Assembly (NCBI RefSeq): GCF_004102945.1
Contig: NZ_CP019384.1
Span: 840,001-872,000 of the forward strand
Length of the DNA: 32,000 bases
Direction: 5' to 3'
Source: Candidatus Velamenicoccus archaeovorus
Lineage (GTDB): Bacteria > Omnitrophota > Gorgyraeia > Velamenicoccales > Velamenicoccaceae
The notes under the pieces were generated by a model. That model was given only the letters and a program-made list of their open reading frames with translations, was not told the origin of the DNA and searched no databases. A program made the translations under genes and the position numbers. Each line of letters begins with the position of its first letter. Within the stretch, counting starts at the first letter, position 1. This document shows positions 23,215 to 32,000 of this stretch, one piece after another.

Positions 23215-23761
23215 ATTCAGTGTTCAGGATGTTGATCCCTTTGCGGGCATAGTCGATTCCGGAGATGCATGTAAAGACGGCGGCCAGTTCCCAGACGACC
23301 CATGCCTTGGGGTATTCCAGGATGACCGCAATGACAGTGGCCATCTGGAAGAAGGTCGTGAGCTTGCCCCACCAGGTTGGCGTGATCTGTGTGTTTTTTT
23401 GGGTGGCCAGCAAGATCGCGCTGCCCACAAGGATGATGATATCGCGGCTGATCACGATCAACAAAAACCATAAGGGCAACGCGACTGCCAGATACGTTTT
23501 ACTCGTGCGATAAAGAAAGATAAACGCCGTCAACAGAAGAGCTTTGTCTGCCAAAGGATCGAGGATGGCGCCCGCCTGTGTTTTTTGCCTCTGGCGGCGG
23601 GCGATATAACCGTCGACGACATCGGAAACGATGGCCAGAAGGAAGATGGCCATCGCCAGGTATCGGAGATAATCTTTGGCCGGCGTGTAAAAAACAAGGC
23701 AGGCCACAAAGAACGGCACAGAGATGATCCGGAACAGTGTGATTTTATTGGCAAAGTTCAC
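23171..23761 (-). CDS. pgsA: CDP-diacylglycerol--glycerol-3-phosphate 3-phosphatidyltransferase (CDP-alcohol phosphatidyltransferase family)
   Basis: DVVDGYIARRQRQKTQAGAILDPLADK = D(x2)DG(x2)AR...G(x3)D(x3)D. 196 aa. The 3' end overlaps plsY by 44 nt. Confidence 0.85.
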   Translation of the reverse strand: MNFANKITLFRIISVPFFVACLVFYTPAKDYLRYLAMAIFLLAIVSDVVDGYIARRQRQKTQAGAILDPLADKALLLTAFIFLYRTSKTYLAVALPLWFLLIVISRDIIILVGSAILLATQKNTQITPTWWGKLTTFFQMATVIAVILEYPKAWVVWELAAVFTCISGIDYARKGINILNTEYGSTHAKTTTRTSG

Positions 23762-23791
23762 GCGGCACCCCCTGCTCTCCGGCCTGGGATA

Positions 23792-24376
23792 TTATTTTAA
23801 GATCCTGATCCGGTTTGGCGGCCAGTAGACAAGGAACGCCTTGCCGATGAGGTATTTGTCGTTGAGATATCCCCAGTAGCGGGAATCTTTGGATGAAGCG
23901 CTGTTGTCCCCCAGCGCGAAATAGTTGTCTTGCGGCACGCGCAGGATTTCTCCCTCCCGTCCGTAAGGGCCGCGGTTATAATAATAGATCCGGTTGAAAG
24001 GATCGGTCTTGAGGGCTTTATCATTCAGGTAGATCTGGCCGTTGCGTATTTCGATGGAATCGCCGGGCCTGCCCACGCACCGTTTGATAAAATCCCTCAT
24101 AGGCTCTTCAGGATAATTGAAGACGATGATGTCTCCGGTTTCAGGAGAATGGAATTTGGCGATCCTCTTGTAGGTGAACGGGAGCCTCAGGCCGTAAGCG
24201 TAACGCAGGACAAGGATCCTGTCGCCGGGGATCAGGGTGGGTTCCATTGAGCCGGTGGGTATCTTGAATGGCTGGACCACGAACGTCCGGATGATCAGGG
24301 CCAGGATGACCGCCGTGACAATGGTTTCAAAGAATTCTTTAAGCCACGCTTTTTGCATATCGTTTAATTTAAGCAT
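23792..24376 (-). CDS. lepB: Signal peptidase I
   Basis: N-terminal TM helix, GSMEPTL (catalytic Ser box), GDNSASSKDSRYWG (Lys box region). Confidence 0.9.
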   Translation of the reverse strand: MLKLNDMQKAWLKEFFETIVTAVILALIIRTFVVQPFKIPTGSMEPTLIPGDRILVLRYAYGLRLPFTYKRIAKFHSPETGDIIVFNYPEEPMRDFIKRCVGRPGDSIEIRNGQIYLNDKALKTDPFNRIYYYNRGPYGREGEILRVPQDNYFALGDNSASSKDSRYWGYLNDKYLIGKAFLVYWPPNRIRILK

Positions 24377-24390
24377 AGGGCCTCGCTTTT

Positions 24391-26187
24391 TTAGATTTTC
24401 AGGGCTGCCAGGAAAGCCTCCTGCGGGATCTCGACATTGCCCACCTGCTTGAGGCGTTTTTTCCCTTCTTTTTGTTTTTCCCAGAGTTTGCGTTTACGTG
24501 TGATGTCGCCGCCGTAACATTTCGCCGTAACATTCTTGCCGACAGGCCTGATCTTTTCTGATGCCAGGATCGTTCCGCCGATGGCGGCCTGAAGGTTGAT
24601 GAGGTAAAGTTGACGGGGGATCAGCTCCCGCAATTTTTCCACCAGGAGTCTGCCTTTGGCCTGGGCCTTGTCTTTATGGATCAGGCATGAAAAGGCATCG
24701 CAAATTTTTCCATTGATCAGAATATCGAGCTTGACGAGCTTGGTCGGGTTGTAGCCGTCGAATTCATAATCCAGCGATCCATACCCGCGGGTCACGGATT
24801 TGATTTTGTCGTAAAAGTCCACGATGACCTCCGCCAGCGGCATGCGGTAGATGACCTTGACCCTCTCTTCGCCCAGATAGTCATTGGCGAGGAATTCTCC
24901 GCGGCGCTGTTTGGTCAGCTCGCAGACTTCCTCGATGGCATTTGTCGGCACGATCATGAAGGCGCGTACGAACGGTTCTTCGGCCAGTTTGATCTGGACT
25001 GGATCCGGGAGCTTGGCCGGGTTGTCCACCTCCATGACTTTGTCGTCTCGCGTGGTGATGCGATAGACGACGTTCGGCGTGGTCAGGACGAGGTTCAGAT
25101 TGTATTCGCGTTCCAGCCTTTCCTGGACGATTTCCATGTGGAGGAGCCCCAGGAATCCGCATCGGAAACCGTAACCGAAAGACTGTGACGTTTCGGTTTC
25201 GTACACAAAAGAAGAGTCGTTAAGGCCCAGTTTTTCCATGGCCACCTTGAGCTCGGCGAAATCTTTGGCGTTGACGGGATAAATGCCGCAGAAGACCATC
25301 GGCTTGACTTTTTTGTATCCCGGCAGCGGTTGTTGGGCCGGATGGTCGGCGAGCGTGATGGTGTCGCCGATCAGGATTTCTTTCGGGTCCCGGATGTTGG
25401 CCGTGATGTAGCCGACCTCGCCGCAGTGCAGCGCTTTTGTGGATGTCATCTGGGGTCTGAAGACGCCGATCTCTTCGACCGTGCAGATCTTGTTTGCCTG
25501 CATCATGCGGATGGTATCGCCCAGCGCCAGTTGACCGTTAAAGAGACGTCCATAGATAACGACCCCTTTGTAGGTGTCGAAAGAAGAATCGAAGATCAGG
25601 GTTTCGAGAGGGTTGTTGTCGTCGCCGCTCGGTGCGGGGATCGTTTGGACCACCCGCTCCAGGATCTCTTTGATGCCGATCCCTTCTTTGGCGGAAGCCA
25701 GAAGGATGTCGTCTTCTTCGAGCCTGAGGATGTCCGTGATCTGTTCCTTGACGCGGTCGATGTCGATGCCGGCGATGTCGATCTTGTTGATGACGGGGAT
25801 GATCTTCAAGTTGTGTTCTCGGGCCAAAAAGAAATTGGCAACTGTCTGGGCTTCGATCCCCTGAGAGGCGTCTACCAGCAACAAGGCCCCTTCGCAGGCC
25901 GCCAGCGATTTGGATACTTCATAGGTAAAGTCGACATGTCCGGGCGTGTCGATGAGGTTGAGCGTATAGGTGTGGCCGTCATCGGCCTTATAATTGATCG
26001 TTACTGCCGACGCCTTGATCGTGATGCCTCTTTCCTGTTCGATCTCCATGTCATCGAGGAGTTGGGCATGAAAATGGCGTTTGTCGATAGCGCCGACATA
26101 TTCGAGGATACGATCGGCGAGCGTCGATTTGCCGTGGTCGATATGAGCGATGATGGAAAAGTTTCTGACGTGTTCCCGTGGATTCAT
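24391..26187 (-). CDS. lepA: Translation elongation factor 4 (LepA)
   Basis: IRNFSIIAHIDHGKSTL, DTPGHVDF, NKID, and the LepA-specific C-terminal domain. Start set to ATG 26187 (MNPREHVRNF), 1 nt after the cmk stop, rather than 26220. Confidence 0.95.
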   Translation of the reverse strand: MNPREHVRNFSIIAHIDHGKSTLADRILEYVGAIDKRHFHAQLLDDMEIEQERGITIKASAVTINYKADDGHTYTLNLIDTPGHVDFTYEVSKSLAACEGALLLVDASQGIEAQTVANFFLAREHNLKIIPVINKIDIAGIDIDRVKEQITDILRLEEDDILLASAKEGIGIKEILERVVQTIPAPSGDDNNPLETLIFDSSFDTYKGVVIYGRLFNGQLALGDTIRMMQANKICTVEEIGVFRPQMTSTKALHCGEVGYITANIRDPKEILIGDTITLADHPAQQPLPGYKKVKPMVFCGIYPVNAKDFAELKVAMEKLGLNDSSFVYETETSQSFGYGFRCGFLGLLHMEIVQERLEREYNLNLVLTTPNVVYRITTRDDKVMEVDNPAKLPDPVQIKLAEEPFVRAFMIVPTNAIEEVCELTKQRRGEFLANDYLGEERVKVIYRMPLAEVIVDFYDKIKSVTRGYGSLDYEFDGYNPTKLVKLDILINGKICDAFSCLIHKDKAQAKGRLLVEKLRELIPRQLYLINLQAAIGGTILASEKIRPVGKNVTAKCYGGDITRKRKLWEKQKEGKKRLKQVGNVEIPQEAFLAALKI

Positions 26188-26188
26188 A

Positions 26189-26863
26189 TCAGCGATTGAT
26201 TTCTGCGATAACGGCTGCAACGACCTCGTCGATCGTCATCCGTGTCGTATCGATGTAGACCGCATCCGGCGTCCGCCTGAGAGGGGCGCAGGCGCGGGTC
26301 GAATCGATACGGTCCCTTGTTTCGATGTCGTTCTGCACGCCCTGTTGTTCCACCGGGATGTTTTTTTCTTTCATCTCAAGATAACGCCTTCTGACGCGTT
26401 CCTCGCAGGCGGCGTCCAAAAAAAATTTTTTGTAGGCGTCGGGAAAGACGACGGTTCCGATGTCCCGGCCTTCCAGGATTGCGCGCCTGCCTTCCGCCAG
26501 GCTTCTCTGCAGCCCCACCATGATCTCCCGCACTTCTTTGATTTTGGCGATGACGGAAACGTGCTCGGTGATTTCCGGCCTGCGGATGTCCTGGGACACG
26601 TCGCGTCCGTCAAGGTCTACCCGCAGCGTCCCTTCCCGAGGATCATAGGAAAGATCGATGCGGGTGTGCCGTGCCAGGGCGATGACGGCCGGCGCATCGT
26701 TCGGATCGACGGCTTCCTGCCGCGCTTTCAGGGCCAGGGCCCGGTACATGGCTCCTGTGTCGATGTAGAACAGGCCAAGTTTACGCGCGACGGCGCGGGC
26801 CACGGTGCTTTTTCCCGATCCGGCTGGGCCGTCTATCGCTACGATGGGTTTGAGGTCTGTCAT
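26189..26863 (-). CDS. cmk: Cytidylate kinase
   Basis: IAIDGPAGSGKSTVARAVARKLGLFYIDTGAMYRA. Confidence 0.95.
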   Translation of the reverse strand: MTDLKPIVAIDGPAGSGKSTVARAVARKLGLFYIDTGAMYRALALKARQEAVDPNDAPAVIALARHTRIDLSYDPREGTLRVDLDGRDVSQDIRRPEITEHVSVIAKIKEVREIMVGLQRSLAEGRRAILEGRDIGTVVFPDAYKKFFLDAACEERVRRRYLEMKEKNIPVEQQGVQNDIETRDRIDSTRACAPLRRTPDAVYIDTTRMTIDEVVAAVIAEINR

Positions 26864-26868
26864 TATTT

Positions 26869-27702
26869 TTACGAAAGGATCCGTCGGCGCTTATTGCGGC
26901 TGCAGACGAGGAGTTTCTTGAGTGTTTTTCTGTTTTTCGCAGCGACGGCGCTCTTGAGGCGTTTCAGCGATCGTTCGAAGGCGTCGAGGGATTTGAGGAC
27001 ATTGGTCCGATTGGACAGGAGAATGTCGCTCCAGACTTCCGGATGAGAGAGGGCGATGCGCGTGGTGTCTTTAAGGCCGCCGGCAGCGAATCGTTCGCAA
27101 TGGTCCGGCATGACGGCGGCAAGCGTGAAAGCAACCGCATGCGGCAAGTGGCTCGTGAACGCCAGGGCGGTATCGTGTTTTAGGGCCGAGAGAGTGACGA
27201 CACGGCTGCCCAGGGTTTTCCAGAACCGGCAGACGGTGCGCACACTGCTGCGCGGTGCTTGGTCTGGAATGACGATACAGATAGAGCCCTTAAAAAGGTC
27301 GGGCCGGCTGTGCGATACCCCGCTTTGTTCCGACCCCGCCAGAGGGTGACTGCCGACAAAATTCAATCCTTTGGCTGCCCGGATGATTTCGGCTTTTGTG
27401 CTGCCGACGTCCGTGATGAGGGGTTTGGTCATTCCCAGCCGTTTGAGCGCGCCGAGCTTGGTCTTGATGTCTTCGACGGGCGAGCATAGAATGATGAGGT
27501 CGCTGTGTTCGACGGCTGCGGCGAAGCGGTTTGTCCCTGTATCGATCGCCCCGTATCGTTTGGCCTGCGCTATTTTTTTATGGTTGCGGAAATAACCGCA
27601 GACCTCTTTACTGAGATTGAGTCTTTTGACGGCCATGCCGATCGAGCCGCCCAAAAGGCCGACCCCTACGATCGTTATTTTCCTGAATAAAGGTCTACGC
27701 AT
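26869..27702 (-). CDS. tyrA: Prephenate (or arogenate) dehydrogenase
   Basis: Rossmann [22 protein letters not shown] catalytic region. 277 aa. Confidence 0.85.
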   Translation of the reverse strand: MRRPLFRKITIVGVGLLGGSIGMAVKRLNLSKEVCGYFRNHKKIAQAKRYGAIDTGTNRFAAAVEHSDLIILCSPVEDIKTKLGALKRLGMTKPLITDVGSTKAEIIRAAKGLNFVGSHPLAGSEQSGVSHSRPDLFKGSICIVIPDQAPRSSVRTVCRFWKTLGSRVVTLSALKHDTALAFTSHLPHAVAFTLAAVMPDHCERFAAGGLKDTTRIALSHPEVWSDILLSNRTNVLKSLDAFERSLKRLKSAVAAKNRKTLKKLLVCSRNKRRRILS

Positions 27703-28718
27703 CAGATTTCTCTGTGGATCGCCAGTGCGATCTTTTCCAGGTTTTGTATGAGCGTGGTCAACTTTTCAGGGAGGAGCGATTGCGCTCCGTCTGAAAGGGC
27801 TTCCTCGGGTTTTGTGTGGGCCTCGATGATAAGGCCGTCCGCCCCGGCGGCAACGGCGGCGCAGGACAGGGGTGCGACCAGGTTCCATTTGCCCGCGGCG
27901 TGACTCGGGTCGGCGATGATAGGTAAATGCGAAAGCTGTTTGACGACGGGAATGGCGCTGACGTCGAAGGTGTTGCGCGTCGCATCTTCGAAAGTCCTGA
28001 TGCCCCGTTCGCAGAGGATGACGTTATGGTTGCCTTCGGCCATGATGTATTCCGCCGACATGAGGAGTTCCTTGACGGTATTCGCCAGGCCTCTTTTGAG
28101 CAGGATGGGCTTACGGGTCAGGCCGACTTCTTTGAGGAGCGTGAAGTTTTGCATATTGCGCGCACCGATTTGAAGGATGTCGGCATATTGCGCGACCGTC
28201 CCGACATCGCGTACGTCCATGACCTCGGTGACCGTCGGCATATTCAGCTTTTTGCTGACGCGCGAGAGGATCTTGAGGCCTTCCAGGCCCATGCCTTGGA
28301 AGGCATAGGGAGATGTCCTTGGTTTGTAGGCGCCGCCGCGCAAGACGGAGGCGCCGGCAAATTTGACCTCTTCCCCTATTTCCACGAGCAAGTCCTCGTT
28401 TTCGATGGCGCAGGGGCCGGCGAAGATGACGACTTTCTTGGCGCCGATCTTCAGGTGTTCTCCGATAGGGATGACGGAATTTTCTTTTTTGAATTCCCGC
28501 GAGACAAGCTTGTAGGGCGCCAAAATAGGGATGACGTTCTCAACGCCGTGAAAAGCCTCCAGAGGGATGGCCCTGAGGGCATCTTCGGGACCGATCAATC
28601 CGATGATCGTCCTCTCGGTGCCTTTGGAGATGTGGGGCTTGAGCCCCAGCTTGTCGGCGCGGTCCAGGATATGGTCGATATCTTCTTTTTTGGCGTCTGG
28701 CCGCAAAACGATAATCAT
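27702..28718 (-). CDS. aroF: 3-deoxy-7-phosphoheptulonate (DAHP) synthase, type I-beta, with an N-terminal ferredoxin-like regulatory domain
   Basis: N-terminal [43 protein letters not shown], as in the Thermotoga-type enzyme. KPRTSPY.FQG and DPSH motifs. Confidence 0.9.
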   Translation of the reverse strand: MIIVLRPDAKKEDIDHILDRADKLGLKPHISKGTERTIIGLIGPEDALRAIPLEAFHGVENVIPILAPYKLVSREFKKENSVIPIGEHLKIGAKKVVIFAGPCAIENEDLLVEIGEEVKFAGASVLRGGAYKPRTSPYAFQGMGLEGLKILSRVSKKLNMPTVTEVMDVRDVGTVAQYADILQIGARNMQNFTLLKEVGLTRKPILLKRGLANTVKELLMSAEYIMAEGNHNVILCERGIRTFEDATRNTFDVSAIPVVKQLSHLPIIADPSHAAGKWNLVAPLSCAAVAAGADGLIIEAHTKPEEALSDGAQSLLPEKLTTLIQNLEKIALAIHREI

Positions 28719-29815
28719 CTAGAGTCCTCCTTGATAATGTCTCTGAGTGCGCGGATCAATTTTATGTTCTCCCGTCTTGTCCCGATGGTGATGCGGGAAT
28801 AGTTGTCGAGATTGTATTGGCTCATTTCGCGGATGATGACGCCTTTCTTGAGCATTTTTCCAAAGAGGCTCCTGGCATCCATGCCGGTACGCACAAAAAT
28901 AAAGTTCGCCGCGCTTTTTTTGAACCAGACGCCGAGATCTGTCAGCGCCTTCTCCATGAATTTCATTTCTCGGGCAACAAGGGTCATGCTTTTGCGCACG
29001 AATGCCTTGTCGTCCAGGGCGGCGCAGGCCGCGGCCTGCGCCACGGAATTGACGTTGAACGGCTGGCGGATACGCTCCGCTGCGGCGACGAATTCCTCGT
29101 CGGCGATCATGTAACCGACGCGCAGCCCGGCCAAGCCGTAGATCTTGGAAAACGTCCTCAGGATGGCGACATTTTTGTGTCCCAAAAGCTCGAGGATTTT
29201 TGGAAAGTCCTCCTTTTGAGCGAATTCAACGTAGGCCTCGTCAAAGACGACCATGACCTCCCGGGGAATCCTGTCAAGAAATTCAAGCACCTGGCGGGTC
29301 GTGACGTATGTCCCTGTCGGATTGTTAGGATTGGCGATAAAAACGGCTTTTGTTTTCGGAGTTATGCGACCGGCCATCGCCTCCAGATCGAAGGTGAAAT
29401 CCTTGAGGGGTACGCTGATTACTTTGAATCCGTTGATGGAGCCGCTGATCTTGTATTCGACGAAGGTGACGTCTGCCGTGATGATCTCGGCGTCCGGGGC
29501 CTTGATGGTTTTCAGAATGACATCGATAAGTTCGTCCGAACCGTTACCAAATAGAAGGTTGACTTCCTTGATGCCTAAAAGCCGTGCCAGTTTGCGCTTG
29601 AGATAGTAACAGCTTCCTTCCGGGTAACGGTTCAGGGATGGCAGCGCTTTTTTGGCGGCAGCGATGGCCCGGGGCGAAGGCCCCAGGGCGTTCTCGTTGG
29701 ACGCCAGCTTCGTGACGTCGGCAATACCGAGTTCCCGCTTGACTTCCTCGATGGGCTTTCCCGGTTTATAAGCGTCGATATTATCGATATCCTTGCGTAT
29801 GGGTTCCATTTTCAT
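28715..29815 (-). CDS. hisC: Histidinol-phosphate / aromatic aminotransferase (class II PLP)
   Basis: LASNEN..GPSP, YP, NPNNPTG, FSKIYGLAGLRVGY (PLP Lys). Start forms an ATGA overlap with the DAHP synthase gene. Confidence 0.85.
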   Translation of the reverse strand: MKMEPIRKDIDNIDAYKPGKPIEEVKRELGIADVTKLASNENALGPSPRAIAAAKKALPSLNRYPEGSCYYLKRKLARLLGIKEVNLLFGNGSDELIDVILKTIKAPDAEIITADVTFVEYKISGSINGFKVISVPLKDFTFDLEAMAGRITPKTKAVFIANPNNPTGTYVTTRQVLEFLDRIPREVMVVFDEAYVEFAQKEDFPKILELLGHKNVAILRTFSKIYGLAGLRVGYMIADEEFVAAAERIRQPFNVNSVAQAAACAALDDKAFVRKSMTLVAREMKFMEKALTDLGVWFKKSAANFIFVRTGMDARSLFGKMLKKGVIIREMSQYNLDNYSRITIGTRRENIKLIRALRDIIKEDSR

Positions 29816-29821
29816 TGTTTG

Positions 29822-30883
29822 TTATTCCGTGACAGGGTATGACCCCAGAACTTTGAGAAATTTGCACTTGTCTTCCAGGGCCATCAGGGCCTTCTTGACT
29901 TTGTCATCCTGAATGTGCCCCGTCAGGTCCACGAAAAAGAAGTAGTCCCATGCTTTTCGTTTGGACGGCCGCGATTCGATCTTGGTCAGGTTGATGCCGT
30001 ATTTCTTGAAAGGCAGGAGCATGTCGTGCAGGGCCCCCACCCTGTCTTTGATCGAAAACATGATGGATGTCTTGTCGCGTCCCGTTCTCTGGGCCTGGGA
30101 TTTGCCGACCACCAGAAACCGCGTGATGTTGTGCGGGCTGTCTTCGATCTCCCTGGCGACGACCTTCAGCCCGTATTCTTTGGCAGCCAGAAGCGATGCG
30201 ATGCAGGCCGAACGGGGTTCCTTGGCCGCGATCTGGGCGGCCCGTGTCGTGCTGGAAACTTCTATCAGGTCGGCCTTCGGCAGATTGCTTTCCAGCCAAA
30301 GGCGGCATTGACCGAAGACTTGCGGGTTGGAATAGATATTGACTATCGCGTCCTTCAGGTGTTTCGACAAAAGGTTGTGCGAAATATCCAGCATCACCTG
30401 GGAACAGATGCTGAGGTCCGAATCGACGAGCATGTCCAGCGTGTGCGAGATGGCGCCTTCGATGGAGTTCTCTATCGGGATGACACCGTAATCCGCATTG
30501 TCTTTTTCCACCTCCATGAATACGTCCGTAATGGTGTTGCAGGAAAGATACGAGACGCTGGCGCCGAATTTTTTCAGCGCCGCCAGGTGCGAGAAGGTCG
30601 TTCGCGGCCCCATGTATGCGATCACGAGCGGTTTTTCCATGGCGAGAGATGCGCTCATGATCTCGCGCCAGATCGCGGTTAACGTTTCTTTGTTGAGGGG
30701 GCCCTGGTTCTCCCGGATGATTTTCGAGAGGACCTCCTTTTCCCTCGCGGGGGCGTAGACCGCCTCTCCTGTCTTGTTCTTCATTTTTCCGATCTCGAGG
30801 ATCCAGCAGGCCCGTTTATTGAGCAGCTTGACGATTTCCTTGTCGATCGCATCGATGTCTTTGCGCAAATGTTTAATGGCCAT
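29822..30883 (-). CDS. pheA: Bifunctional chorismate mutase / prephenate dehydratase (P-protein)
   Basis: N-terminal CM domain (LRKDIDAIDKEIVKLLNKR), PDT domain (IAYMGP..TFSH, TRF) and C-terminal ACT domain (ESRPS). Confidence 0.9.
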   Translation of the reverse strand: MAIKHLRKDIDAIDKEIVKLLNKRACWILEIGKMKNKTGEAVYAPAREKEVLSKIIRENQGPLNKETLTAIWREIMSASLAMEKPLVIAYMGPRTTFSHLAALKKFGASVSYLSCNTITDVFMEVEKDNADYGVIPIENSIEGAISHTLDMLVDSDLSICSQVMLDISHNLLSKHLKDAIVNIYSNPQVFGQCRLWLESNLPKADLIEVSSTTRAAQIAAKEPRSACIASLLAAKEYGLKVVAREIEDSPHNITRFLVVGKSQAQRTGRDKTSIMFSIKDRVGALHDMLLPFKKYGINLTKIESRPSKRKAWDYFFFVDLTGHIQDDKVKKALMALEDKCKFLKVLGSYPVTE

Positions 30884-31607
30884 CTGTCGTCTCCTTCAGG
30901 ATGGGGGGTTCTGTTTCCTGCGAAGCCCCTTCCGGTGCCGCCGTTTCTTCTTCGCGTATCGGTGGCGTCGTTTCTGCGGCGCCGGATTCCTGGCTCAGGG
31001 TTCGTTCTTCTTCGCTGGAGAGCGGTGTGATCTCGCCCTCGCCGGAAGCCAGTTTCATGTTCATGAGCATGTCTTTCTGGGCGAATTCTTCGATTTTCGG
31101 CAGTTCATTCAGGGATTTGAGCCCGAAATAGTCCAGGAAGAAACGGGTGGTCCCGTACACAAAAGGACGGCCGATCACCTCTTTGCGCCCGACGATGCGG
31201 ATGAGATTTTTTTCAAGCAGGCTTTTGACGACCCCGTCACAATTGACTCCCCGTACGGCCTCAATATCGATGCGCGTCACCGGTTGTTTGTAGGCGATGA
31301 TCGCCAGGGCCTCCAGAGAGGGACCGGTCAGTTTTTCCGTATGCTTGATCTTATAGAATTCCTTGATGGTGGCGGCGCTTTCGGGGGCCGTCGCCATCTG
31401 GAAGCCGCCGGCGATCTCGATGATGCGTATGCCGCTGGAGCGTTCCTCGTATTCTTTCTTGAGCGATTCGATGAGATCGCGGATCTCCGATGTCTGGAGA
31501 TTTGTGAATACTTTTTTGATATCTTCCAGCAGCAACGGTTTGGTGCTGACAAAAATCAGCGCTTCCAGGTCTGTCTTGATTTGAAGGGGATCGAGCATGT
31601 CCGTCAT
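30873..31607 (-). CDS. scpB: Segregation and condensation protein B with an acidic C-terminal extension
   Basis: LEALIFVS..PL..., GG.Q..T...., LS..LE.LAIIAYKQPVTR..IE.VRGV......V..LLE..LI...GR....GRP..YGTT..FL..FGL. 244 aa. Confidence 0.85.
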   Translation of the reverse strand: MTDMLDPLQIKTDLEALIFVSTKPLLLEDIKKVFTNLQTSEIRDLIESLKKEYEERSSGIRIIEIAGGFQMATAPESAATIKEFYKIKHTEKLTGPSLEALAIIAYKQPVTRIDIEAVRGVNCDGVVKSLLEKNLIRIVGRKEVIGRPFVYGTTRFFLDYFGLKSLNELPKIEEFAQKDMLMNMKLASGEGEITPLSSEEERTLSQESGAAETTPPIREEETAAPEGASQETEPPILKETTDGH

Positions 31608-31641
31608 GGGGCACCTAAGTTTTGGTTATTCGCCGGCCGTC

Positions 31642-32000
31642 TCAAGCATATCGCTCCGGGCGCGCCCGGCGCACGGCCGCGGAAGGCGAAGAGTTGATGC
31701 GTTGTTTATAAACGAAATTCAGCAGTTCTTCGGCGTCTTTGAACAGTGGTTGTTTTTTTATGGCTTCTTGGATCATCTCTTTGGCTTCATGTTTTTTATA
31801 TTGCAGCTGCATCAGGATATCCACGGCCTCGTCGATGATATCTTTCGGCAGGGGCGCCGTTTTGGAAGCGCCCTCTTCTTGGATGAGGCCGAATTTTCCG
31901 ATTTTTCCCTGCAGCTTGGCGATGATCTCCTTGGCCCTCTGGGGACCGATGCCCGGCAGAGACTTTAAAAAAGCGACGTCGGCCTCGTCAATGGCGCGCG
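31642..32000 (-). CDS. ruvA: Holliday junction helicase subunit RuvA (C-terminal ~118 aa; N-terminus beyond the window end)
   Basis: My translation from the window edge: ...RAIDEADVAFLKSLPGIGPQRAKEIIAKLQGK... This gives the HhH motif, followed by a domain III-like segment ILMQLQYKKHEAKEMIQEAI. Confidence 0.8.
   Translation of the reverse strand, partial: RAIDEADVAFLKSLPGIGPQRAKEIIAKLQGKIGKFGLIQEEGASKTAPLPKDIIDEAVDILMQLQYKKHEAKEMIQEAIKKQPLFKDAEELLNFVYKQRINSSPSAAVRRARPERYA

Overview
This looks like a chromosomal, housekeeping-rich segment of a diderm (Gram-negative-type) bacterium; I cannot assign a lineage from the sequence alone. Every feature I can support, about 40 CDS plus one tRNA, lies on the minus strand. 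Genes are tightly packed, often with ATGA/GTGA/TAATG start-stop overlaps. All long plus-strand ORFs in the track appear to be antisense shadows.

Reading along the minus strand (high to low coordinates):
- ruvA (partial), scpB
- an aromatic amino-acid cluster (pheA-hisC-aroF-tyrA), then cmk, lepA, lepB, pgsA, plsY
- a lower-GC islet with a small hypothetical protein and a zinc-ribbon/TM miniprotein
- a nitroreductase and a tandem-ACT protein
- a cobalamin-uptake locus: promoter, long structured leader, DUF6580-like membrane protein, cobalamin riboswitch with terminator, TonB-dependent receptor, TonB-like protein
- a ~630-nt non-coding gap (16139-16773) with about 11 stem-loops between 16148 and 16569
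- an almost gapless run of about 19 genes: rpsU (missed by the ORF track), TIM-barrel isomerase, Memo-like protein, DUF1844, aroQ, pepP, efp, accB, accC, asp23, amaP, pfk, gmhA, hldC, ThiD2-like, thiE, thiC
- tRNA-Gly(CCC)
- nlpD-like lipoprotein, a 541-aa P-loop ATPase with a degenerate nuclease-like C-terminus, a YfcE-type phosphoesterase, a HIT protein and a dGTPase-like protein (partial)

Most interesting observations:
1. The hairpin-dense non-coding region behind a near-consensus promoter upstream of rpsU.
2. A paralogous ~150-190-nt leader element abutting the Shine-Dalgarno of both rpsU and the DUF6580-like gene.
3. The intra-operonic position of the cobalamin riboswitch.
4. The ATPase / phosphoesterase / HIT / dGTPase cluster.

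No CRISPR array, transposase, integrase or rRNA was seen.
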